DNA of 62,565 bases, filler included, from Chiloscyllium plagiosum (GCF_004010195.1; 5 parts of one record of this genome joined end to end with filler, not necessarily neighbours in it), one strand, 5' to 3'; shown: positions 48,603-60,414, counted from the whole stretch's first letter. Translations and numbers: made by a program. Notes: generated by a model not told the origin, from the letters alone.

Positions 48603-51600
48603 GGGGATCAGGCTGACAGTGACTCAATAAGTGTGATGGAGTGAGGATGATAGTGACACAAGGAGGGTGAGGTGTCAGCGTGGTAGTGACGCAGACTGTG
48701 CGAGTGGATCAGGCCGATAGTTACGCAGTGAGGGGGGTTAGAGTGATAGTGATGCAGTAAGTCTGAGGGATCAGACCGATAGTGATGCAGTAAGTGTGAG
48801 GTGGTCAGGGTGTTAGTGAAGCACTTCGTGTGAGGGGTCAGTGTGACAGTGACGCAGTAAGAGTGAATGGTCAGGCTGATAGTGATGCAGTAAGTTGTAC
48901 TGTGTCAGGCTGATCCTGACGCATAAAGTGGGCGGGGACAGGGTGATACTTACGCAGTAAGTGTGATGGGGTCAGGCAGAGATTGACGCAGTAATTGTGA
49001 TAGTGAGGGAGTAAGTGTGTGCGTTCAGGCTGGTAGTGACACAGTAAGTTGAGAGCGTCAGGTTGATAGTGGCCAATAAAAAGTGAGGTGTTAGGGGAAT
49101 AGTGACGCAGTAAGTGTGTGGTGTCAGGCTGTTAGTGATGCGGTAAGTGTGAGGGGTGAGTCTGATAGTGAAGCAGTAAGTGTGAGGGGGTCAGTCTGAT
49201 AGAGACGCAGCAAGTGTGGTGGGGTCAGGCTGATAGTGCCATAGTGTGTGTGAGGGGTCAGGCTGATAGTGATGCAGTATGTGTCCGTGAGTCAGAGTGA
49301 TCCTAATGCAGGAAGTGAGAGGGGACAGGGTGATAGTGACGCAGTGAATGTGAGGTGGTCAGCGTGATGGTGACGGAGTAAGTGTGAGTGTTCAGGCTGA
49401 TATTGATGCAGTATGTTGAGGGCGTCAGGCTAACACTGGCCAGTAAGTGTAAAGTGACAGGGTGCTAGTGATGCAGGAAATGTGAGGAGTCAGACTGATA
49501 GACACGGTGAAATTGTGAGGGGTCAGGCTGATAGTGATGCGGAGAGTGTGTGAGTGTCAGGCTGATAGTGACGCAGTAAGTGTGTTGGGAGCAGAGTGAT
49601 AGGAACGCAATAAGTGTGAGCGGCTCTGGATGATAGTGACAGGTCAGTATGAGGGGGAGGATGGTAGTGATCCAGTGAGTGTGAGGTGTCAGGATGACAG
49701 TGAAGCAGACTGTGTGAATGTATCATTGTGATAGTGGAGAAAGTGATGACTGCTGATGCTTGAGATCAGAGCTGAAAATATGTTGCTGGAAAAACGCAGC
49801 AGGTCAGGCAGCATCCAAGGAACAGGGGAATCGACGGTTCGGGCATAAGCCCTTCTTCAGGAATGGCCAATAAAAGAAGAAGGGCTTATGCCCGAAACGT
49901 CGATTCTCCTGTTCCTTGGATGCTGCCTGACCTGCTGCGCTTTTCCAGCAACACATTTTCAGCTCATTGTGATGGTGACATGGCAAGTGTTATGGGGTCA
50001 GGGTGACAGTGACGCAGATGCTTTCAGGGGGTCAGGTTGTAGTGATGCAGTAATTGTGAGGGGTCAGGGTGATAGTGACGCAGTGAGTTTGAGATGTCAG
50101 TGTGATAGTGACGCAGAACACTTGAGGGGCCAGGCTGAAAGCGACGCAGTATGGGCAAGGGGTCTGGGTGACAGTGATGTAGATGCACTCACAGGGCCAG
50201 GTTGTAGTAAAGCTGTAAGCGTGAGTGTCTCAGGCTGATAGTGATGAAGTAAATGCGAGGGGCTAAGGCGGATAGGGATGCAGTAAGTGTGCAGGGGTAG
50301 TGCTAGAAGTGACGCAGTAAATGTGAGTGTTGAAGCTGATAGTGACGCATTAGGTTTGAGGGGATCATGCTGATCTTGACGCAGTAAGTGTGACGTTGTC
50401 AGAATGATAGTTACGCTGTAAGTGTATGGGAGCACAAGGATCTTGACGCAGTAAGAGTGAGGAGTCAGGGTGATAGTGACGCAGTAAGCATGAGTGGGTA
50501 AGTCTGATTTTGACGCAATATATGTGAGGGAGTCAGCCGGGTAGTGGCGCAGTATGTGTGAGATGGTCAGGCTGATATTGATGCAGTTAGTGTGTTGGGG
50601 TCAAAGTGATAGTGACGCAATAGGTGTAAGCGGTTCAGGATGAATGTGACATAGTGGGTGTGAGATACCAGTGTGATAGTGATGCAGTAAGTGTAAGGGG
50701 ACAGAATGACAGTGATACTATGTGTAAGGCCCTCAGTGTGATAGTGCCGCAGCAAGTGTGGGGTGTCAGGGTGTAAATGACGTCGTGAGTGAGAGAGGAG
50801 CATTGCGATAGTGAAGCAGTAAGTGTGAGGAGGTCAGGCTGATAGTGACACAGTCAATGTGATGGGGCATTGTTTTAGTGACAAGACAAGTGTGTGGCGT
50901 CAGTCTGATACTGACACAATAAATGTGATGGAGTCAGGCTGATAGTGACACAGTAAGTATGAGGGGTCAGACTGATAGTGACACAATAAGTGTAAGATTC
51001 AGGGTGATAGTAACATGGGAAGTGTGAGGGCGTGACTGAAAGTGACGCAATAAGTGTGTGGCGGTTAGGCTGATGGTGACGCAGTAAACATAAGGCCGGC
51101 AAGGTGAAAATGGCAAAGACTGTGTGAGTGGGTCAGGGTGATAGTGATGCAGTAAATGTGAGGAGGTCAGGGTGAGAGTGACCAGTAAATGAGAGAGGAT
51201 CAGAGTGAGAGTGACGCAGTAAGTCTGAGGGGTCAGACTGATATTGACGCAGTAAGTATGAAGGGGTCATGATGATAGTGACACAGTCAGTGTGACGGGG
51301 GAGAGTTTTAGTTACACAGTAAGTGCGAGGCGTCAGACTGAAACTGATACAAAAAGTGTGAGTGGGTCAGGGTGATAGGGACGCAGTACGTCTGAGGGGT
51401 CAGGCTGATAGTGACGCAGTCAATGTGATGGGGCAGAGTTTTAGTAACATGGTATGCATGAGGCGTCAGTCTGACACTGACACAAAAAGTGTGATGGAAT
51501 CATGCTGATAGTGACGCAGGAGGTTTTAGGAGTGAGGGTGATATTAACATAGGAAGTGCGAGGGCGTCACTGATAGTGACGAAATATGTGTGTGGCTGTC

Positions 51601-53205
51601 GGGCTGATGGTGACGCAGTAAACATGAGGATGTCAAGGTGCAACTGGTGCAGTAAGTCTGAGGATGGCAGATGGACAGTGATGCAGTAAGTGTGAGGAGT
51701 TTACGCAGATATTGAGACATGCAAGTGTGAGGGGCCAGGTTGATAGTGACGCGGTGTGCCGGCGGGTCCGGCTGATAACGACGCAGAAAATGTGAGTGCC
51801 TCAGTGTGACAGTGACGCATTACGTGTGAGAGGGTCAGGGTGATAATGACAGAGGAAGTGTGAGGGGGTCAGGTTGATAGTGATGCTGTAATTGTGAGCT
51901 TGGTCAGCGTGATAGTGAGGGGCTCAGGCTTATAGCGACACAGCAATTGTGAGGGGGTCAGGGTAGTAGTGACGCAAAACGTGTGAGCGGGTCAGGTTAA
52001 TAGTGATCCAGTACGTGTGAGATGTCAGGCCGATAGTGACTCAGTAAAGGTGAAAGTGTTTGCGTGCTAGTGACGCAGTAAGTGTGAGCCGCTCAGGATG
52101 ATAGTGACGCAATAAGTTTGAGGTTTCAGGTAGACACCCATGCGGTAAGTGTGACGTGTTCAGGGTGACAGTGACGCAGACACTTTGAGGGTGTCAGATT
52201 GAGAGTGACACAGGAAATGTGAGGGGACAGGTTGATAGTGACACAGTAAGTGTAAGGGGTCAGGCTGATAATGATATACTAATTGTGATGGAGTCAGGAT
52301 AATAGTGGTGCAGTGAGTATGCGTTGTCAAGGTGATAGTGACACACACGGTGTGAGTGGGATGGAGTTATAGTGATGCAGCAAGTATGAGGAGGTCAGAG
52401 TGAGAGTGTGCAGGGTCTGGCTGAAGGTGACGCAAGATGAGTGAAAGGTTCAAGGTATTCAGGACGCACTAAGTTTGGTGGTCAAAGTGATAGTGATGCA
52501 GGAAGTATGAGGGTGCCAGAGGGATAGTGACGCATTAAGTATGAGGGGATCAGAGTGGTTGTGACGCAGTAATTCTGAGGGGATCAGAGAGATAACAATG
52601 CAGTAAGCATGAGGGGGTCAGTTTGTTAGTGACGCTGTCAGTGTGAGTGCCTCAGCCTCATAGTGATGAAATAAATTTGAGAGAGTAACGCTGATTTTCA
52701 AGTGATATGTGTGAGTGAGTCAGGCTGGTAGTGACGCTGTAAGTGTGAGTGTTGAAGCTCATAGTGAAGCAGTAGTTGTGAGGTGGTCAGTGTGATTGTG
52801 GCGCAGTAAATGTGAGGGTCAAGGAGATAGTGACATAGTAAGTTTGAGGAGGCAGTGTTGTAGTGACACGGTAAATGTGAGGCATCAGTCTGATACTTAC
52901 ATAATAATTGTGATGGAGTCAGGCTGATAGTGACACAGTAAGTGTAAGGAGTCAGGGTGATAGTAAATAGGAAGTGTAAGGGCGTGACTGATAGTGACAA
53001 AGTAAGTGTTTGGCAGTCAGGCTGATAGTGATGCAATCGAAGTGAGGGTCTCGAAGTGAAAGTGGCGCAGTAAATGTGAGGGCGCCAGATGGATAGTGAT
53101 GCAGTAAGTTTGAGGGGTTCACGCTGATATTAAGGCAGTAAGTGTGAGGGGTCAGGTCTATAGCGATGCAGTAAGTGTCGGCGGGTCAGGCTGATGGTGA
53201 TGCAT
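48603..53205 (+). repeat. 33-34 bp G/T-rich satellite (consensus ~GTGAGGGGTCAGGCTGATAGTGACGCAGTAAGT), diverged
   Basis: Continuous tandem copies. The reverse complement differs from the 1-11299 unit at ~7 of 34 positions. Confidence 0.95.
49737..49963. mobile_element. Penelope-derived hairpin insertion in the satellite, with 14-bp TSD
   Basis: TCATTGTGATAGTG (49723-49736) and TCATTGTGATGGTG (49964-49977). Inverted arms contain GAAGAAGGGCTTATGCCCGAA. Confidence 0.9.
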
Positions 53206-53299
53206 TCAAAGACCAAATATCCAAGGCTCACTGTAGTGCTGAATAGCGAGACTTCTCAAGGCGAAGACAAAAATCAATAGTTCTCATCCTGGTCATAAA

Positions 53300-53619
53300 T
53301 CACAATGCTGTCCTCTCCTGCTTCTAGATTCACCAATGAGGGAACAAAATTTAATTGCACCACCCTGTTTATCTATTCAAATATTTTGCAACTCTCAATG
53401 AGATTAACTCTCTTGTTTTGAAACTGTTAAAAAAAGGCCGGATTTGCCCAATTCACAATGCTTCATTTTAAAATTGTCCTCTCCTGCTTCTAGATTCACC
53501 AATGAGGGAACAAAATTTAATTGCACCACCCTGTTTATGTATTCAAATATTTTGCAACGCTCAATGAGATTACCTCTCTTGTTTTGAAACTGTTAAAAAA
53601 AGGCCGAATTTGCCCAATT
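53300..53619 (+). repeat. ~155-165 bp tandem duplication next to a gap
   Basis: TGTCCTCTCCTGCTTCTAGATTCACC...TTTGCCCAATT at 53309 and 53475, with 4 visible substitutions. Confidence 0.85.
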
Positions 53620-53894
53620 NNNNNNNNNNNNNNNNNNNNNNNNNNNNNNNNNNNNNNNNTCGAACTGACCCACCATACATTGGAAATAATGCTTCGTTCT
53701 TGTGCCCTGAAATCCTTCTGCAGCTTTCATAACAGACTTATACAACTGCTACTAGACTTCAACGACTTATTAAAAACTTCTCCAAGATGCATTTCTAAAA
53801 ATCTGTACATCAGACTTTCTACTTCAAACCTTCGACAAATAATCTGCACACATTTCCCTCCTGACAAGTATGATAAAGTTAAATCGTTGCTATT

Positions 53895-54240
53895 TATTAG
53901 ATCATGAGGGACATGGATAGGTTGACTCGTCAAGGTGTTTTCCGGCATGTCAAAATTTAGAAAACATCGGTTTGAAATTAATGAGTAAGGATTTAAAAGG
54001 GACGTCAGGGGCAACTTTTTCAGACCTGTCCAGAATGAGATGCCAGAGAAATTGGTCGATTCTGGTACAACTGTAACATTGAATGGCATCTGAATGGATA
54101 TATGAGTAACAAGGTTTAGAGGGATGTGAGCCAAATGTTGGCAAATGGGACCTATTAACTTAAAATATCTGTCCACCATGGTCAAGTTGGAAAGAAGGGC
54201 CACTTTCCATGTTGTATTGTTCAACGACTTGATGACTCTA
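53895..54240 (+). mobile_element. CR1 3' end fragment
   Basis: ATCATGAGGGACATGGATAGG...GATTTAAAAGGGACGTCAGGGGCAACTTTTTC...ATGACTCTA tail. Confidence 0.8.
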
Positions 54241-54785
54241 GAACAACCACAAAAACTTTGCAAATAATTCCGTCAAGACGATTTCCAAATCTTCGGTCAA
54301 TCTTCCTCTCTTGTGCTCACAAGTTCATTACCTGATGTCAGAACTTACAGATTAGTTGTTGGATCCATTCCTGTAAATTGGTTCTGCGTTCTTTCTAATT
54401 CCGATATTTTTTTTACGAATGTAGGTAGTGTTTATGGACTTAGCATCAATTTTTCTAATACCATATTTCACTGAATATTAAAGCACAACAGCATATCTAA
54501 TTTGGCACCAGATGATGAGCAAATGAGTCAAAATCGATCGGACGCAGTGAGACAATCATCCTCTCTTCGTGGTGTACATCCGTGACTCTATAATTCGATG
54601 AAGAATCATTCCCGCATCTTCAGCTGTGTCAGAATCTAGTTTGCGGTGAAAGCCTGTCAATCTGCTAAGGTAAAGTTCGTCTGGGTGTCTGCAAAGGATT
54701 TGGCGAAATCTTTCGGTCTTGACAATTTGTTCTTCCAACAAATGAATTCAGTTGTTTTACTGTGAAAATTGACACACGTGCGGCA

Positions 54786-54867
54786 ACTGTGATGGCCGAG
54801 AGGTTAAGGCGTTGGATTTGAAATCCAATGTGGTCCCCCTGCGCAGGTTCGAATCCTGTTCAGAGCG
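54786..54867 (+). tRNA. tRNA-Ser pseudogene (Ser-CGA-type body, anticodon now TGA)
   Basis: ACTGTGATGGCCGAGAGGTTAAGGCGTTGGATTTGAAATCCAATGTGGTCCCCCTGCGCAGGTTCGAATCCTGTTCAGAGCG. It is 82 nt with a long variable arm, A and B boxes and TTTT ~7 nt downstream. Acceptor-stem mismatches A1-C72 and G4-G69. Confidence 0.88.
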
Positions 54868-55138
54868 TAGAATCTTTTAAAAGACATTAATTCCTTTGCA
54901 GGATTTGGATTTCGTGGAGCTTGAGCTTTGCATTCAATCGAAAGTAAATTTTCAACTGTGAAGAATCAGAAGTAATTTCAAGACTGACCCAATCATCTAA
55001 TTGAATAAATTATATGTCGAGACACAAAAAGCCACCAACTTCCAACACGAATCAGTTTCAAGATATTTGTCGAACTATCGTGAAATTTGGATGTTCGGGG
55101 GGGTGGAATTCAGCAAAACAAGAAGCAATGCAATAACA

Positions 55139-55424
55139 TTAGATTACACAGTGTGGAAACAGGCCCTTCGGCCCAACAAGTCCACACCGACCCGCAACCC
55201 ACCCATACCCGTAACCTAACACTACAGGCAATTTGGCATGGTCAATTCACCTGACCTGCACATCTTTGTGACTGTGGGAGGAAACCGGAGCAACCGAAGA
55301 AAATCCACGCAGACACGGGGAGAACGTGCAAACTCCACACAGTCAGTCGCCTGAAGCGGGAATTGAACTCGGGTCTCTGGCACTGTGAAACGGCAGCGCT
55401 AACCACTGTGCCACCGTGCCACCC
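55139..55424 (-). mobile_element. HE1 / V-SINE
   Basis: Reverse complement of the HE1 head, V-domain and tail; similar to 45629-45914. Confidence 0.92.
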
Positions 55425-55849
55425 TTTTTTTTTTGCTTTTCAAGAAGTTTGATTATAGAACTCCAGAATGTGCATTACCAAACAATAGTTAATAAATAAT
55501 TTTCTTGCAATTTGCTGTTAGAAAACAGGCATCAAGTTTTAATTTTCTTTTCTATAAACCATAACTCAAAAATCATACTCCAGCTTTAGAAATAGAATAA
55601 ATCTCAGTTCCACATTTTGTGCATTCAAAGAGATTTCTAGAGGTATTATAAACATATTTACCATATATATTTATGCCTGGTTTTGTAAGAGAAAGGGAAA
55701 ACTTTAGAAAACTTTAGAAAACTTTAGTCAACAAAAAAAATCTGCACCATCAGTTTATCCAATTACAACAGATACACAGGATCTCTTAAATTTTACATTT
55801 ACCAGCAGGTGATGATTTTTTTTTAGGATCAGTTGAAAGTCAAGCTGAG

Positions 55850-55940
55850 AAAGTTCAACCTAATTTACAGCTGACTCTCAAGGCCAATAATCTATTATAT
55901 CAGCAGTCAATGAATTAGAAAAAAGCAACTCCATGTGTGG
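55850..55940 (+). mobile_element. Fragment of the same ERV LTR family as 48210-48602
   Basis: AAAGTTCAACCTAATTTACAGCTGACTCTCAAGGCCAATAATCTATTATATCAGCAGTCAATG..GCAACTCCATGTGTGG is the near-exact reverse complement of ~48418-48507. Truncated by a linker gap. Confidence 0.85.
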
Positions 55941-56040
55941 NNNNNNNNNNNNNNNNNNNNNNNNNNNNNNNNNNNNNNNNNNNNTTAATTAATTAANNNN
56001 NNNNNNNNNNNNNNNNNNNNNNNNNNNNNNNNNNNNNNNN

Positions 56041-56660
56041 CATCAACAATAGAGAGGAATACACAATAAATGGGAGTGTGGTCAGTGTGGGCAGGTAAAT
56101 GAAGATAGCTGGAGACATCAATAACTTCGTTAATGTAGCAAATGGCATCATTTCCTCTATCAGCCAAAGTGCTGAATTTCAGTGCAGGAAGCTTATGCTG
56201 GAACTGTCTAAATAATGAGTTCAGTCACAGCTTGTGGACCGTGTGCGGTTTTGGTCACCCCATCACATGGAAAGATGGAATTGGATTGGAGAGGGTACAG
56301 AGGAGATTCGTCACTCTGTGAAAGTGCAAGAGCAGTTATGAGGCAAGATTGGAATGGAGAATGCTGAGAGGAGATTTGATTGGAGTGGACAGGTTGTGAT
56401 AGACCTGGGTAGAGAGGGAGAGAACATCTATTTCCTGTTGGAGAGCTCAGTTACCAGCGGCGAATATTTAATGTAATTGGATGAAACATTAGCGAAGTGC
56501 TGAGGAAGTTTGTTATTTCACCCAGAGTATGGTCGGGATCTCGGAGTCACACATGGAAGTGGAGTCGAGGCAGAAACTCTCAAAACATTTTGAAAAGGTG
56601 CCAGGATCTGCACCTGAAGCCTTATCATCTCTGGGGAGAGAGAACAAGAGTTAGCAAGGT
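56041..56660 (+). mobile_element. Old CR1 3' fragment
   Basis: GTGTGCGGTTTTGGTCACCC, GGAGAGGGTACAGAGGAGATTC, GAGAGGAGATTTGAT and TTTCACCCAGAG motifs. Confidence 0.7.
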
Positions 56661-56664
56661 TTGA

Positions 56665-56835
56665 GAAGATTTGAAGCTCAGACTGAGGTTTTGGATGTAG
56701 GTTTGCTCGCTGAGCTGAAAGTCTCATTTCCAGACGTTTCGAGAAGGTACTAAATAACATTTTTAGTGGACCTCATGCAAACTAATGCTGAAAATTCATG
56801 TTTTCTATTTATGTTTGGGTTTATTTTCTTTGGGT
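56665..56835 (-). mobile_element. Penelope pseudo-LTR fragment (family of 30720-30882)
   Basis: GTTTGCTCGCTGAGCTGAAAG..TTTCCAGACGTTTCG resembles the reverse complement of 30831-30872. Confidence 0.65.
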
Positions 56836-57286
56836 TCCTAGAACAAGAGTTTTAAATAAAACATTACTTCTTGTCCAATGCAGACAGTGTTCAGAGTTAT
56901 CTCCTCTATACTGTGCTACTTTCTGAATTTTTCAAAGGTTACCAATATCTGCTAGGATCAATACACGGGGATGAAGTGAGAGGGCAGGAAAGAGCAGTGT
57001 GTAAGCTGATTAGCATCACAATAATACTGATCCCATCATTTATTAAGCTATTTCCCTCTGTTGGCCTATTTATCCTTCCTGTAGAAAGGGGGAAAACCGT
57101 CGATTACCCAGTTCTCAGTCGTGGTCACACTGCAGCCGCATCTCCATAATCCCAGCTACATCTGACTATTTAAAGCTACCATTTTATTGGCTTTGTTGAA
57201 ACGTTAGGAAGGAATTCATGGATGGCAGCAAGTGCGAGAGCCCAGGATGGCTGTTGGCTTCAGGGCAGGTTACAGAGATAGGAAGG

Positions 57287-57538
57287 TGTGTGAAGGCTGG
57301 GGATATTACAGGGGTATGGGTTGTTCTAGGGGCTGAAGGAGATTACAAAGACACGAATAGTTTTAGTTTTTTTTTTAAAGTTAAACTGGAGCTGGAGCAG
57401 CCAAAGCAATTTTTGTGTGTGAAGGCTGGGGATATTACAGGGGTATGGGTTGTTCTAGGGGCTGAAGGAGATTACAAAGACACGAATAGTTTTAGTTTTT
57501 TTTTAAAGTTAAACTGGAGCTGGAGCAGCCAAAGCAAT
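57287..57538 (+). repeat. Near-identical ~124-bp tandem duplication
   Basis: TGTGTGAAGGCTGGGG...CCAAAGCAAT occurs twice; the only visible difference is the length of a T homopolymer. Confidence 0.9.
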
Positions 57539-57879
57539 GTTTTTATCTACAATCTCCTGAAACCTGATGAAAAGTTTACCTGGACAATGTATCACATGAT
57601 TTCGCTTTCGGTGTCTGTCTGCGTCAGAAATAAACATTGTCTACTGTGCCTCAAAACTGCCAGTCTCCCGAATATCCTTCAAGTTCCATTACCCTTCACA
57701 CTTCTGTGAACCCACTAGTTTCCGCAAACATTCCTATTTCTGTAAAGTTCTCCATGTCCTATGAAGCTCCCTGCTTCGAAACTTCCTTCCTCCTTATGGA
57801 GAAGGTCACATACAAACGGCAGATCGAGTTTTTGGAAGCGGTTATAGATTAGTCAGAGACATTCTGGGTGGAGGATTTG

Positions 57880-58421
57880 AGGTAAAAACAATGACTGTAG
57901 ATGCTGGAAACCAGAGTGTAGATTAGAGTTGAGCTGGAAAACCCACGCTCCCATCCTGGCACCTTCCCCTGCCACCGCAGGAATTGCAAAACCTGCGCCC
58001 ACACCTCCTCTCTCCTCTCTATTCAAGGCCCTAAAGGAGCCTTCCACATCCATCAGAGTTTTACCTGCACATCCACCAATATCAGTTATTGAATCCATTG
58101 CTCCCGATGCGGTCTCCTCTACATTGGGGAGACTGGATGCCTTCTAGCAGAGCCCTTTAGGGAACATCTCTGGGACACCTGCANNNNNNNNNNNNNNNNN
58201 NNNNNNNNNNNNCACTCTCCCCTCCCCCGTAACCTGCCCTCTTCATCCCCTCCTCCACGCACTTTTTGTACTCTATGCTACTTTCTCCCCACCCCCACCT
58301 TCCCCTCACTTATTTCTCCACCCTTCAGGCTCTCTGCCTATATTTCTGATGAAGGTCTTTTGCCCAAAACATCGATTTTACCGCTCCCCGGATGCTGCCT
58401 GAACTGCTGTGCTTTTCCAGC
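57880..58421 (+). mobile_element. Penelope-like element: inverted 5' pLTR piece, Cys-rich linker, GIY-YIG endonuclease and 3' pLTR
   Basis: The frame from 57961 reads TFPCHRRNCKTCAHTSSLLSIQGPKGAFHIHQSFTCTSTNISY*IHCSRCGLLYIGETGCLLAEPFREHL. 3' pLTR TCTGATGAAGG..AAAACATCG at ~58345. Confidence 0.92.
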
Positions 58422-59075
58422 CAACACAGCGAAGTAGGTTTGTGAATAAATGTTGGGATCAGTATTATTGTGATGCTAATCAGCTTACACGCTGCTCTTT
58501 CCTGCCCTCTCACTTCACACCTGTAGCTACGCCCTCACTGAATGCAGGACCTTCTCTGCGTCTCGCGAACCTAATCTCTGCCCCTCTAGCCAACTCTGCC
58601 TGGTGTCTGTGCTGGCTATTCACTCATTCAGACCTCGGCACCTTTCCCTCAGCTGTCCCAGCACAAAAAGCTTTACCGTTCACTTCTATCTCCCTTAATA
58701 CCTCTTGATAATTTTAATATCCCAGAAGGAACCATCCCACTGTAGGAGAGAAAGAGCCAAGAAGGACAGGAGTCTCCCTGACATTCAGCTTCTCACCCCA
58801 TCACAGGGGAAGGACCCTGACCCTCGCAACCACGAAAGGCTGACTGACTGTGTCCAAGCTCCCGGACTGGGATCTGAGACACCTCTTGTCTCACTCTGCT
58901 GGGCACCGTGACTGAGTGTGGACAATGATATCAAACTTCCTGGGTATGTGTCTGTGCTAAACACCAAGACAATACAGCAGGGGGGAGTGCCTATTAGCTC
59001 TGGCTGAGGGGAAACACTGCTGAAGGCAGGGCCAGGCAAGGCAATAATTCTGTGAGCATTCAGGTCAGTTCAATG

Positions 59076-59327
59076 TGAGTGTGTACAAACACCGAGTGAG
59101 CAGCGCAGAGGGACAGGACATGAGATGGGTGTGTGTCCCTGAGCACAGTGACCTTGCAGAAGCACTGAGTGTGTACAAACACGGAGTGAGAAGCCCAGAG
59201 GGACAGCCCATGAGCTGGGTGTGTGTCCCTGAGTACAGTGTCCTTGCAGCAGCATTGAGTATGTACAAATACGGAGTGAGCAGCCCAGACGGGCAGCCCA
59301 TGAGCTGGGTGTGTGACCCTGAGCACA
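59076..59327 (+). repeat. 90-bp minisatellite, at least 2.8 copies, runs into a gap
   Basis: TGAGT(G/A)TGTACAAA starts at 59076, 59166 and 59256. Confidence 0.9.
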
Positions 59328-60414
59328 NNNNNNNNNNNNNNNNNNNNNNNNNNNNNNNNNNNNNNNNNNNNTTAATTAATTAANNNNNNNNNNNNNNNNN
59401 NNNNNNNNNNNNNNNNNNNNNNNNNNNAACTGCTCGATACTGGGATACAGGGAACTCTGGAGGCTAGTGAGGCCCATATTTCTGTTCCCCAGGAACAGGA
59501 GGAGGTGACTCACTACCCACCACTGTAAGACACTGGGAGAGAAGAGTATTTGCCTTGGTACTAACAGAAATATCTGAATAAGTTGCATGAACGAGCCATT
59601 CAATCCTGCTCCAACATTCTTCAAAACTATGGCTGATCTGAATGTAATTCCCTCATTCCATTTTGCAAAGATTCCCCTCTCTGCAGCCTCTGCTCCATTT
59701 GTTAGTCATGTTGCAGATCCAGATGCTGTAACTACAGTCACCATGTTTCATCCAGAGTTGGATCACCAAAGCCTCCGGTCTTCCTGAATTTCCACAGCAG
59801 CTTAAAACACAGCCTCTCGGAAACCATCCCCAGCATTTCCACGAACGTACAAAAACTAGAGTTAAGTCAAATGTCAGTCAAAGGCAAATGAGAAGCCTGG
59901 TCTGAATCACAAACAGTTGTGAGGATTCCTCATTGTACTGAGCACATGAGCAGCAGAGAGAGATTAACAGAGGCGTTCAATGAATAGGCACAGAGCAAGT
60001 TACAAAGGTGTGCATCGAAACTGTTAAAACCCCGTTATCCAACATGGAGCACAGGGCAGGACACTGGGAAGTCAAAGAAAACGCAATCAATGCTTTTTTG
60101 AACACTGTTTCTAAGCTTCTTCGTGTTGGAAGCTGATGCTCTTGAGTGAGCAACATTCAACGGCAGGAAAAGATATAGGACAGTTCTTCACATTGAAACT
60201 GGACAATTAAAACTAGAAGGCGGGGAAGCAGTTTAAACATCAACAAATGGGAGGGATTTGGGAAATAGACAGAGAGAGAGAGACTCTGAGTTAGTGTTAT
60301 GGAAGGATGTGTTTGCAGGTTTCAGAATGCTGAAATGAAGGCATTTCGATCATATCTAGCAACATAGGTTAGTATGTCCGGGATGATGAATTAATACAAT
60401 ATTGGTGCAAGGTC

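Larger units (their letters stand above)
56964..58524. repeat. ~100-bp inverted repeat pair (56964-57065 and 58420-58524)
   Basis: TGAAGTGAGAGGGCAGGAAAGAGCAG(T/C)GTGTAAGCTGATTAGCATCACAATAATACTGATCCCA occurs on + at ~56972 and on - at ~58454-58517. Confidence 0.9.

Noticed and set aside
56967..57034. C/D-box snoRNA-like shape (GGGATGAAG...CTGATCCC)
   Set aside because: Box C is not RTGATGA, and the terminal stem is not kept in the second copy.
57287..57538. Tandem duplication producing the 163-aa ORF 57218-57709
   Set aside because: The copies differ only in homopolymer length, so this is likely an assembly or haplotype artefact, and the ORF has no recognisable domain.
59829..59857. RSS-like nonamer ACAAAAACT
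   Set aside because: No CAC-starting heptamer at 12 or 23 bp spacing and no adjacent V, D or J coding segment.
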